Of a stretch of 64,000 nt of DNA, positions 1 through 12,579 are shown in pieces. The stretch is from Podarcis liolepis. Lineage: Eukaryota. The translations under genes and the position numbers were made by a program. Every line of letters begins with the position of its first letter. Positions within the stretch are counted from its first letter, which is position 1. The stretch lies in NCBI GenBank assembly GCA_965112155.1, contig OZ218100.1. One strand, 5' to 3'. The notes under the pieces were generated by a model, which saw only the letters and a program-made list of their open reading frames with translations, was not told where the DNA came from and did no database searches.

Positions 1-1371
1 AGCATTGCCCACCATGTCATCCGCCTGCTTTGTCATTGGTTGGCTGACCAACACACCTGAGGTTAGGAGTGTGGTAACTGTAGAGTGTCTCTTTCTTGAT
101 TGGGGTATGTCTCTCTATATGTGCTTACCTGGCATCTAGTCTGATGTCTTGATGAATCTGGGAAAGACTTTTCTTTTAATTTGCCCAGGCATTTCAGCAC
201 ACTGAATAGTTGCTTAATTTCTGTTTCAATTTTACTTTTTTTTTGTTTTTATTTCATAGAATTTATATACCACTTGAGTCCAGGAAAAAATTCAAATTTT
301 TATGATTCACCCTAGCTTTATTGTTATTTGGTACAGTTCCTTTGCTTTATGTCATTTTTTTAATTCTATACTATATAGTTTTTTTTGGGGGGGTGGTTAC
401 TATAACTTATCTTGGGAACATATACTGAAGGATAGCTTATACATATCCCAAAACAGCCTCAATTGTCATTTACTGTAGGAAATATACACTGGCCATGCCT
501 ATAATAATGGTCTCAGGCCTACTTTAATGCTCTCCTTTACGACAGCTATTTTTTTCACCACTACCAAAGGGGGGCTGATTTGAGGAAAGCACTAATTAGA
601 GCATTGTGCAATCTACAAAAATCCCCTATTATCTTGCTTAAATTCATCAAAATGTTAACCAGTTTGCCAACATTCTGTCAGTGTTGTTGAACATCTCTTA
701 ATTCCTCCCAATAGCATTAAAAAACCAAAGTATTTTTGGCCTGGTTGGGAAGGAGGAATGCCGAATATATAGAGTGAATAATTGTTATAGCTACAACACT
801 GTCATGCCTTTTGTTTTATTTACTTGGTAACAAAATTACTGTTTTGCAAAACTGGACTGCCTCTTTAATTAGAGCTAAAAACAAGTGTGTGTCCACTCCC
901 TCACTAGTCACTGTGGTGGTGAAACTTTTTCTTGAAACTTTATTTGCACCTTAGGACCTTCTATAGGAGGTATGGGGAGATATTTTTTCAATCTGTGCTT
1001 GGGAATGAAGTGATAAAAATCCAAAGTTCAATTTATGGTGTTTTCACAAATATCACTGTCAGCTTTTCAGTCTGAAAGGGACCTCTTGTGGATATGGAAG
1101 TGGTAGAGAGCAGGAGAAAGAATAATTTTAAAATATCTACATTTTAGCTACTGGGTATGCTTATTTTTATTTGAAAAATGCTGCTTGGGGAGGACTGCTT
1201 AAGCTATTTTTATGCCACCTGACCTGCTCAGGTATCTGTACCTTTCTGTGCTTTGTGAAAATGTGATCTTCCCCTCTGAATTGAAGCTCAGTTAAGAAAA
1301 ATATCTGATAAGACCTTATTCAGCAGACAAGATCAGATTTTTGCAAGACACAGCCGGGAAACTATAATAAA

Positions 1372-2012
1372 CAGGGTGTCTTTACCCGGGGGTGCAAGGG
1401 GTGTGGGGCACCCAGACACCAAATTCTGGGGGGCACCAGGCTGCCGCTGACTGCGCCCTGGTGGCTGTGTGGCTGGACTCCGGCATCACTCCGAATTTGC
1501 GATGGCCGGATCTGGCGGAAAAGGCAGTACAGGGCCACTCCCTCCCCCGGCCCCTTCCATGGGCTGCTCAGGTGATTCGCCTCACTCCACCTTTGCAATG
1601 CCCACCCACCTGGCAGAACCAATCAGGTACTGGGGCGCTGCCACCACTATCCATGTGCACACCGGAGGAGAAAACCCCGCGCCACCCCCAGCATGACCTG
1701 CCTCAACCTGCTGCTCCGAATGGGCAGCCAGAGAGGAAGGAGAAACGTAAGGAACCCCGCCACGCAGCCCCGGGCTGGGCTGGTCTAGGCTGCAGAGCTT
1801 GGTGCGCAGAGCTGCACTCCACGTGGCTTTTCCATGGCTCCATCCCGCACGCAACAGTTTTCTCCCAGGGCACGCACAGAGGTCTCCTGGTGCTTGCTTT
1901 TCCCCGGGCAGGAACACAGGAAATGGTTAGTCATGAGATTAGTCGTGTCAAAATTTGGGGGCGCTGTGTGGATCTTTGCACCCCGGCGGTGCATATGCTA
2001 AAGACGGCCCTG
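1372..2012. mobile_element. Non-autonomous hAT-type DNA transposon
   Basis: TIRs CAGGGTGTCTTTA / TAAAGACGGCCCTG; 8-bp TSD ataataaa / ataagaaa (1 mismatch). Confidence 0.8.
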
Positions 2013-2708
2013 ATAAGAAAAGCTCTCAGATACAATACAGTTAAAATATGGGTTGAGCAAAAGTGTGGATGAGCACTTAGTCTTTAAGGAGGTTCCCCAG
2101 TACTCTTCGTTGTTTTTGCTACTATGGACTAACACAACTACTTCTCTGAAAATAGTTTCCAGAGCTGCTTTATGTGCATGCTATCATTGGATCTCATTTT
2201 GCTGATGAGGTTAATTTTAATGAATTGTGTTAATGGCTTCTATATTTAGCAGTCAAGTGCAAGATATTTGAGACCCTTTGACTTTGTGAAAAATTGCTCC
2301 CTGACTTCTTTAGCAATAAGCTCCTTTTTATTGTGATATTGCAAGTGTTCTGAATGTTGTAAGACCTGTTTGTGCATTTTGATGATTGCACTGAAAACAT
2401 GTTATGGGAAAGGGACGCAACCAGCTGATGTTGGGGCGTCTTTGGAAATGTTATGCTTATAGTAAGTTATAAATAGAATTCTTAGGGAAAATAACTTTTC
2501 ACAATATATGTAACTAAGAAAAAGTAGGTGGCTCATTCTTATCCTTAATACAATCCCCACTGTTACAATCCTCACTGTTAAGGGGGCAGCCTCCAACTGA
2601 CTAATTTTTATTTTAAACTGGCACTTCTTTCCTCACTCTTCTACAATCTTAACTACTCACACCATCCGGCATTACAGATGCATGCTTTGAAAAACACAGG
2701 ATGCTTGA

Positions 2709-2959
2709 CAGAGCCTGTATGGTGTAGTGGTTAAGAGTGGTAGACTTGTAATCTGGTGAACTGGGTTCGCTTCCCCGCTCCTCCACATGCAGCTGCTGGG
2801 TGACCTTGGGCTAGTCACACTTCTCTGAAGTCTCTCAGCCCCTCACCTCACAGAGTGTTTGCTGTGGGGGAGGAAGGGAAAGGAGAATGTTAACCGCTTT
2901 GAGACTACTTCAGGTAGTGATAAAGCGGGATATCAAATCCAAACTCTTCTTCTTCTTCT
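2709..2959 (+). mobile_element. tRNA-derived CORE-type SINE (Squam3-like) with (CTT)n tail
   Basis: A box TGGTGTAGTGG, B box GGTTCGCTTCC, gtgaccttgggc core, L2-like tail ending ctcttcttcttctt; family name from memory. Confidence 0.8.
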
Positions 2960-5900
2960 AAAATGAGGAAAACAATGGCTTTGCATCAAGACCTGGAAGT
3001 CTGGATTCTCTGTGTGGGGTTTTTTTGTTTTATGTTTTGCTTCACTGTGAAAGGAGACAAACAAAACCAATTAATATCATTCCCGTGTTGACAGGGTGGA
3101 TTTGATTTAAATAAAATTGATTTAAATCATGATTTAAATTGCCACATCACCCCCATGCTGTACTGGAGGGTTTCCTGAACACCCAGAGCAATTTTTGAGG
3201 GTGACAGGACTGTGGTGGGGTGGGGCAATGCAAAAATAGTACTGAGCATGGCCAGCAAGATGTGACCTTTCTATTTAAAACAATTAGGACTTTGAAAACC
3301 TAACCATTTAATGCAAATCCAATGGATTTTCACAAAAATAGGGAAAGACAAACTACACAAATTTTGGATGCATTTGAAGGGGAAAGAAAACAAGCAGACA
3401 GTCTGTTTTTATGGTAAGGAACAGTGATAATCATTAGACTTGATTATTTTCACCACGTCTGTGTTAAATTAGGCCATCTTACTGTATTTGTCATATATAT
3501 ACTATAATAATTTTTGGAAACATTGTGCCAATTGTTTTCATCTTATTAACATTTAGACCATTCAGGGTTTTTAATGGGGGAATGCAGTTTGGCTTCCATG
3601 AGCTAGGTTGACAACTTCATATGTTTGATAATTTTTAATAGGCTGCAAAGTGGTTTTTAAAACTCAGTAACAGAACTATTACATTGTTCAATCCCAATTC
3701 TGAATTACAACCACAGCCGCCTTTTTTAATTATGAGAAGAGATTGTACGAAGATAATGCAAAATTGCAAAACCTATAGGAATGCAGAAAGAGCAGTCGGC
3801 AACATTGACTGCTTTTCCAAGAACATATATCTTGATTTGAATCCAGAATAGGGTGAGGCATTTTACTAAAAAAATCTGTCTTGAAAACAGGGGATTTTAG
3901 TCAAGATTGTTCAGCAAAAAAGGTTTTCTTTCAGTTTTTCTGATGTTACAACTGCTGTGATTTCATGCCTTCTTTATACACAAACCATCTGTATGGTCGA
4001 TGCAGCCATTATCTTTAGTGGACTATGCAGATAAAATGTGTGCAATACTTCAACACAGCATTGTGTTAATATCAGTATTCTCACAGTATAGTTTTAAAAT
4101 ATTGTTTGTACCTATGAGAGTGTAGTGTGATTGGGAGAAAATTGTCTTCTGCACTCTCATTTCAATTAACTATATTTTGCTGTGGTTTCAAATGTATCCT
4201 ATGTATATATTGTGAAGCAGTTAAATAACTTGTATCATATATAAATATCCAGCACAGGAACAAACAGGCTGTGCCCCAGGTGTGGGCTGCTTAAATGGGC
4301 AAGGGACGGATCCGAGGGAAGCCCACTGTTGGCTCCATTTGCTCCGCCCCCTGGCACAGCCCACCTCCCAGCCTGCATCCCCATTCGCCAAAGCAGGGTG
4401 CAGGCTAAGATCCAGCTCTTGATAGGCGGCAGGGGCTTATGCCCCCTCCACCTATCAGGAGGGCACTGCTGTTTGAATTCCACTGTCGGGGCCCCAGTGA
4501 AGTTTCTTCTGTCCAGCAATTCTGCTGCACCAAGAGAGGTGAGCAAACTTGCTGTGGTTTCAAATGTATTTTATGTATATATTGTGAAGCAGCTAGATAA
4601 CTTGTATCAGTATACAAACATTATACTGAAACAAGGCAGTAGGAAATGTGGCTACTTGCGCCTCCCTGTCCATCAACCCTACTTTTAATTGTACACCTGG
4701 AATGCTAATGAGAACTAATTTATGTGAAATATTTGTTTACATATTTTAAAAGGGCTTGCAATACCTGCTGTGATAATTAAGGACTTAAGGTATCTATTGA
4801 AATCTCCCTCTCTAATTCTTTGTAATAAGTTTCTATCTTTTGGGGAGGTGCTTTTAGAAAAATACCTGTTTCCTTCACCATTATTTTTCAGGTGTCTCAA
4901 TCTGTGACTCATGTTCTTAAGTGGATGCTAACTGCGTCTGTGTACTGAATGGAACATATCAGTCAGCTTGGGCAGTGTTTTGTTTATGAGAGTCTCTTGG
5001 AAGGAAATCAAAAAGGCAGCTAAGCGGTGGGAGGATCAGGGTTAATAGATGTATTGCATTAATGCACACATGACTGCAACTTTCAAATCCTTCTCTGCTT
5101 GCTGTTCTGAAAAAAGCAAAACTGAACATCACAATGGTAAGACAGCTAATACTTTTAATGTCTATATTGTTTCTTGACTTGATATTATCTTTTTCTGAGT
5201 TTAGCCATAAAGCCTATCCTGTGTGACATTTGGGGCGGCGGCGGGGAATTGTCATTGGTTGTGTTTTATGAAATTACAACAGAAGTAGAATGAGGAATTT
5301 GCTTTGGGAACATGTTTTGCTGTTGTGCGTGTAGAAGCTGAGATCAGGCATGTCTTCCCAACCTTGCTTACTGTACTGTGTTCTGTAGTGTTTTCTAATC
5401 ACTTGAATAAACATGAAGAATTTCATTTCACTTTCATTCATAACTTCCTCTTTACAAATAAACTTGGGCTTCATCTTGGAAGTAAGTCACATAGAGCAAA
5501 ATTTGTCTTTCTTCTGATAGAGGAAGGCTTAGTCATTTAGAATATTTTTTATTGATGAAACAATATGCCTAATTTATTTTGCTTTTTCCGATAAATTCTC
5601 TGAGAACTGTAGCTTTGAACTGTGGCTAAATGTAGGAATATGGTCAGTTTTATGGTGGTTAAGCTATGATTTCTGAAGGAAATAACAAGTAGTACTGGGA
5701 TTCTCATCTAATTTCATTCTGGAGCTCAGTGTTGTCCCTCCTCCTGATTCCTTGGTAAAGCCAGTCTTAACACCAAGGTACATGTTTAAAGCAAAATCAA
5801 AACACAACCATATTGTTAAAAGAAGCCTAAGAAATGGTCATATGCAAGATTTTACTTTCTTAGCTGAGATTTTGTGGGAAAGTGTTTTATAAGAAAAACC

Positions 5901-6104
5901 TGAGTGTGCAAACACAAACTAGATCAGTGTAGCTGTTTAAAAAGTTTAAATACCATGGTGCATTATGCAACATAGTTGGGGTTGTTGTTTTTTTTAGAAA
6001 TAAAGACCAATCATTTTTGTTTCTGTGATTTCTCTCTTCTTCCCCAATTAAGCTCTATCTTGTCATTCTGTCATTCATTGTGCTCTATTAAGTTATTTCA
6101 TTTC

Positions 6105-6105
<1 letters not shown>

Positions 6106-6150
<45 letters not shown>
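6106..6150. repeat. (CT)n microsatellite
   Basis: About 21 CT units. Confidence 0.95.
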
Positions 6151-6154
<4 letters not shown>

Positions 6155-9100
6155 GGCTATGTTATGGAAGAAAAATCAAACTTATTTATGTTTCTCTTCA
6201 TTAGAATATACTTGTGTTAACATGTTTACAATGCAAATACAAGCAAAAATATGACTTTGACCCAATCCAACATATTTGTTGTAGTGCAGACAAAAGGATC
6301 CCCCAAAAGCAAAACAAAGCCTGTTGGCGATCCTATTTTATCTCTTTTGCCTCACCAACACATACACACACCAGGGGAAGAGAGCATTCTGCTGACCTCA
6401 AATATTGATCCCCTCTATCCTCCCTTTCTGAGCAAGAAACATATAGAAGCATACTCAAAGAATTTGCTGAGCACTCAGGTTCTTCAGGTACTCTGGTTGC
6501 CTTGTTTATGTTCTGTATTCAGTGTACCCTTGAAAACAAGTACAAAAATGTACTAGTTCACACACAAAAATTAGCTTGCCTCCCATTTATATCCTAAAAG
6601 AAAACACAATAACCCACTTATGTAATTATTTGCTGCCTTGCTCTTAGGAGGCTATTATTATTCATCACAAGTAACTAGGTAAGTAGCAATTTTCAAGCAT
6701 GAACCTATAGCTGATAATGCATTATTGCACACAGTGAAGAAGACTGTGACACTCCTTTTGTTAAAAAAAGTGATAATGACTGGTAAGCTTCTTTGCAACA
6801 GATGATTCCATAAAGCAGTTTCTAAAACTGTGGGCAACAGTTGTGCTCTGGAAACCAAGTTAATGCCTTTTCTGCATTTTAAATGCAGTTCCTCATTGTT
6901 CTTAATCTCCATATAACCGGGATGAGCGGACCTTAGACTTGTTAGAGCTATTTCATTTTTCATTAGAACCCTAAGATCTGCCAGTCAAGGTATGCAGAAG
7001 GCAGCTTGAGCACTGAACCTGCTTTGGAAGTGAACTCAATGCATTTCAGAAACACATACTGTCATTTCACCTGTATTTAGCTAAGGAAGATCCTGTTTTT
7101 CTGCTTTAGAGGAGAAGCTGAGTGCTCACAGTACTGATTGGCTGGTCCTTGTGTCATCAATGAAGCAACTGCATCTGTGTGTGCAGCACTGATTGTCCAG
7201 CACTTGTGTCAATCACAAAGCCATTCACCTCTCTATTGGAGCAGTTGTAAAGCACTTGTGCACACCAAAGTTTAATGGAGATTTATCTCTCTTGCTTTTT
7301 GGTGAGGTGGCTTTTCCTCAACTAGATTTGATTTTGCCAATCAGCAGATACAGTAATATGATAAGGGAAGAAAATCCAACATAAAGTTGCACGTTACTGA
7401 ACCATATGGGCCTTTCTTTCTTTCTTTCACGCATGGTGAGGTTTAACTGAGTGCCATCTATTGCCACCCCCCTACTTTAATTTTGTTTCCATCAGCCCAA
7501 AGCAAAGAATGTTGCCGGGCAACCAGTTGTTGTTGAAGGCATGTTTGTGGTAATTTTGGATTTTATTTTTAAACCATTCTTTTTGCAGAGAAAGGCTATT
7601 TCAAAAAATAGCTGTATTAAAAAATTGCCCTGCTTGCAGCAATACACACAAATTTTTGACTGGTTTTTGAGCAAATCTGAAATATTGGAAACATTCTGTT
7701 TAGCTCTGTACTGGCACATTTAAAAAAAAAAAACCCAATGTATACCTATACTCGTGCCCACAAGGGACCCCTGGTTTCCAGAACTTATGGTGGGTGAGGA
7801 AGCACTAATTAAGGGGAGAAAAACACATTGTATTGCACAAACAATGAGGGAGATTGTAGAAAAACCCAACTGAAGTGGAGCCCAAGAAAATTATAAGAGG
7901 CGAGAACAGAGAAAGAACTGTGAGTGGAAGGAGGCCTCTTTCCCTATCCTTTGAACTCCCTAGGAAATTTGACAAACCTGCTGCATCTGGAACTGGGTAT
8001 GGAGAGTGGACTCAGCTGTGGGCAGCCTGAGGAAGTACCATCCACCCTGGACCTGCCCATAAAAAGGAAGCCTAGAATGAGAGACTAGGGTGATGCCCAC
8101 TGTTTCCAGGAGCTCTTATTCTGAGAATGTTGTGTGTGAGCTGAGAATTTGTTTGGACCTTGGATGAGACTCTGGGGGTTGAGAGGGAGCAGTCTCAGAA
8201 GGAAAATGAATTATTATATATATTAGTAACTTTGCATTAACGTAATGTTTTTATATATAACTGTGCATTTTTGTAATATATTGTTTATGTTGTGTGTTGC
8301 TTCTTTTTTGCACACTGTTAGAGATATTTTAAATATATTAAGTAGTATAGAAATTAAATAATCAGTCAATCAAGCTCTGTCTACTATCCTGTAAATATCA
8401 AAACAGATTTTGGAGGCATAAAATAAAAAGTGTTCAGGTGTGGTTGAAGGGGCACAAACGTGCACAAGGAAACAATGCGTATTTGGGTAAAATACTGAAA
8501 GAAAAATTGCGGCTTTAAGCAACAGCAGAGATTTGAATAAAGCAGGAATGAAGGAAGACTGAAGGAAAAATTGGTGATTTTAAACAATGGCAGAGGTTTG
8601 AGTAGAGTGAGCAGGGGAGAAACTGAGTGGGGTGGAACTGGCAGTTTAAAACAAGGTTTGAATAGAGTGAGAAGGGATTTGGGAATAGCTCTGTTGTGTT
8701 AGCTTCTGTGTTGTAACCATTTCTACCATTTCTCCTGATTAAAACTGGTTTCTTTGTCTTACAAAAACAACAACTCTGTCACTCCATCCTTGCTTTACTC
8801 AAATCTCTGTCATTGTTTAAAACCACTTTTTTTAACCTCAGTGCCACTCCACTTTACTCAAACATCTGCTATTGTTGTGAGTACAAGCTCTTACTGTATC
8901 ATTTGAATGATACACTAACACTATCAACATACGGCTCATGTGCAAAGGGGGTTGCAGAATAGGAGAGGCACTGTGGCATGGAAATGTGGGGTGGTCTGAG
9001 TGCAAGAGAGTTGAAAAAAGAGGAAGGAGGAGGTAGGAAAAAGGAGTGACAATCATAATTAGGGTGCAAATGAAGTTGCAAAAAATAATAGGAGGCATGG

Positions 9101-9420
9101 GAATGAGGTTGAAGATTAAAGCAGGGGCATGAAAGGGTTTAAAGTATAGGCTTAGGTGGTGGCTGCATAATTGGACAGTAGGTGAAAAGGGTGCTTAGAA
9201 GTTGCAGAGTGCGGGAGGAGAAAGATGCAGGTTACCATGGGGGTTGTGCAAGTGGGGTTGCAGTAGAGGAGGAGGAGGAGCCATAGACCTGGGGTGCAGG
9301 TGAAAATGCACGTAAAGAGGGGCTGAAGGATAGAAGAGAGAAATTGCTTCAGAAATGGGGTTTGGAAGGGGCAAAGTGAGCTTTAGTCGTTGCATGGGTT
9401 GGGAAAGGGAAGCTTTAGGG

Positions 9421-9556
9421 CAGCCCTTCTCAACCTTTGGTCCCTAGATGTTGTTGGACTATAGCTCCCATCATCCCTGAGCACTGGTCCCACTAGCTAG
9501 GGATGATGGGAGTTGTAGCCCAACAACATCTGGGGGTACAAGGTTTAGAAAGGCTG
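9421..9556. mobile_element. Palindromic hAT-type MITE
   Basis: cagcccttctcaacc ... ggtttagaaaggctg ends; inner arms gatgttgttggactatagctcccatcatccct / agggatgatgggagttgtagcccaacaacatc. Confidence 0.75.
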
Positions 9557-11377
9557 CTTTCTAGTAAGTTAATGTGGGCAGAATCACAGTGAGATTGATG
9601 AGCACAGTAAGCAAGGTAGAGCCCCTAGTTTAGAAATATTTACTTTCTGATACTGTGTAAAAGTTAGGCTTATCAGAAGGCAAATAACCATGTTGCCCTG
9701 TGGTTCTGAATGAATCACTCATCTGGATATTTTCCAAATTTGGAACAATGATTCATAAAGATAACCCTTAGCCCCTGCTATGATTTGGACCAGAATCCCT
9801 ACTTCACCATTTATCTTCTGAGAAAAGCTCCCATAGTGAATAGCAGGCATGGGCAATTACAACTGTGACTGTGGTAGAGGCCTCCTCATCCCACCCCAAG
9901 GTTCTGGTCTGACTCCCCACTTCCTTATTTTTTTTAAAGGCTATGCAAGAACAAACTGCATGACAAAAGTCATTTGAGTAACTCCTTTGTCTATATCAGG
10001 AATGATAAAATGATTTGATTACATGCAATGCAAAAGCATCACGAAATCCACCCCCACTCTCATCAGAGCCTGACTGGAAAGAGAAAAATAAAGATCAGAT
10101 CAGCACATCTTGTAGATGTACAACAGGTAATCTTTTCTGCAGAAGAGGACTCTGGACTTATAGAAAGCTTTATTTCTTATACCCATACTAGAAGTGTGTG
10201 ATGCACATAATGTATGTATAAAACATTAATACACAAAGGTCAGGATTAATATTAGCCAGAGGCATCTGCTCTTCCCCTGCCCTGAATAGATCTACTCAGA
10301 GTAGATCTATTGAAATGAATGGACCTAACTTAGTTATGTACTTTTCAGTGGATCTATTCTGATTAAAACTTAGTCTTTTAGGACTCTGTTGCTTTCACTG
10401 TGCAGACTAAAACAGAAACACATAAAGTTTTGTTGCTCAATGTTTTAACAGCTGCTTTTTATACATTATTATGTTAGAAACAAAGCTGAGGAATGTGAAA
10501 GTGACATAACACAATCTGTCTAAAAAGCTAATCATTTTTAACTTCAGTCACCAACTTAAATCAGTGTTTAAATTTGATTGGATTGTGTCGTTTTTAAAGA
10601 GTCTGTTTTCATGACATTAATCTGCCCTGCCCTGCAGCTGACAGACTCTCCAAGCTATATTTCATCACATATCAGGAACAATGGCAAATATTCAGTGACA
10701 TATTTTGCTGTGGCCTTAAGGCTTGTAACTGGCTCTGGTTGACATAAGTTCACTTGTCATTCATAAGTGAAGGCGATTAGCACTGTCAAGAGATGAGCTG
10801 GGGCAGAATTCATTGATGGGTACCCATAGTTAATAAACCATGTTTGTTCCCCAATTGGTACTGAGTAAAAGCTTCAAAAGGATCTCCTCCTTAATTTTCA
10901 AAACAAATTTATAGTCTTTAAAGCTGTAGAAACAAGGACATGGAACTTGCCTAATGAAATCTGAGAAATGGAAGGAGTTTCTTGCCTCTCCTTATAACAG
11001 TAGAATTATAAACAAACTAATCACTCTGCCTCTACACAGGTCACAGAATTTAGCTCCTCCTTGCAAAAGACTTAGATTTCTGTTTAAGCTTAAAGTCCAT
11101 AGCAGATAGCAAGTTACAGGAAAGAGAAGAGAAGAAGCAGAGTCAAGTGAACTATGACTGGAAGTTTGTCTTGCACTGTTGGTCAGTAAAGATGTGCTTA
11201 GGAAATCCCACTGGGTAATAAGAGTAGTGAACCTGTGGCCCTTGATACTAGAACTTCCATCATTCCTGGCTGCTAGCCATGCTGGCTGGTGTTGATGGGA
11301 GACTGAGTCCAACATTATCTGGATGGCCACAGCTTTCATTTACTGAAGGGACAGTCCAAGGGGAACATAATCTAGAG

Positions 11378-11573
11378 CAGAGTTTTCCAAACTCTGTCAT
11401 GACATGTTAAGTGTGTCAGCTGCAGTTTGTAGGTGTGTCATGTGAATGCTCCTCTTGGGGCTGGAAAGGGGTTAGTTTAACTTCCAGTATGCTAGTAAAA
11501 CTGAATTACTGGGTCATGAAATGATGTATGTCTAAAAAGTGTGTCACCAACGTTAAAAGTTTGGAAAGCCCTG
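11378..11573. mobile_element. hAT MITE
   Basis: TIR cagagttttccaaact / agtttggaaagccctg; perfect 8-bp TSD atctagag. Confidence 0.85.
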
Positions 11574-12579
11574 ATCTAGAGTCTAAACCCATGCAGTGTA
11601 ATATGAAAACAGACTTAAAGGGTACTGTTAACCAGCATCTGTAACGGTACAATCCGCCCTACAACTACTTGCAAAGGCAAGGTTGGGTTTTGGCTTCCTT
11701 TTCTCTGAGCTGATTGTGTGGAGGTTGTCTAATTATTTTAACCAGTCAGAGGCAGGCTGTTTAATTTAGACTTTTGAAAAAAAGTGCCCTTGGTAGAGCT
11801 TCCCACTTATTTTGATTTAGTGGGAGTGGCTCCACCTTTCTGAATTTATACATCTTAGTCTACTGAATAGCAATGACCATTGACTGTCATTGTGATCAAT
11901 TAAGCAGCAGAAATTGTATTTTGTTGCAAAAGCAATTCAGCAGGTATAAGAACACTGCCTTCCTGTGTTGTTGAGTTTGTTTTGCAGTGCTCATTTTGCA
12001 TTTTAGACAAATGAAGCTAAAAGCTTTCTGGTATATACATTTCATGAATATGTACAAAGAATTTATTTGCTAGTGCCTCTTCTGTCTCCCCCTGTGTATA
12101 AGTGAAACAATAAAGTAAGTAATTTTGGGGGCGGAGTGAGGGTAATGGAAGTGGAAAAGTTTGTTCAATCAGAACACTACATTCATACCAGACTTTTTTG
12201 AAATTGGTGCTTTATAAATAAGGCAACTTCAGACATGGCATGTTGGCAGTGATTTTTTGTTTGTTTGTTTTAAATCCAACAAGAGCTCTTGGCTTTTCAC
12301 ATCAAAGTTTGTCGGTTTTGCTTGAGGCAGCTTTTTGTCCTGAATAGATGGAAATAGGCTGGGCAGAAAAGCACTTCATATTGCTCAGACTTGTGCAGGG
12401 CAATCAGCAGGGTGGAAATATCTTTGCATTTCATGGGCATTTGCTGTGTTTGTTGGCACCCTTCCCTTTTCACCTCTAGAAAATTCTGCCTGTCTCCTTG
12501 GCACCTCTGAGCAATCAGCCTTCCCCGCCTTTACGCTTTCCTCTGCCTTTACTTAGGCTGGAGAGGCCCTCATGAAATG

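Noticed and set aside
1392-2072. 226-aa ORF and overlapping ORFs
   Set aside because: Lies almost entirely inside a GC-rich non-autonomous hAT element with TIRs and a TSD; starts at GTG and shows no transposase motifs
2720-2790. tRNA gene
   Set aside because: The A and B boxes belong to a SINE with a core and (CTT)n tail; there is no proper acceptor stem
1-12500. Upstream coding exons of the long CRYBG1 isoform
   Set aside because: No peptide resembling the remembered exon 1 or 2 sequence was seen; they probably lie 5' of the window, though a diverged small exon could have been missed by eye
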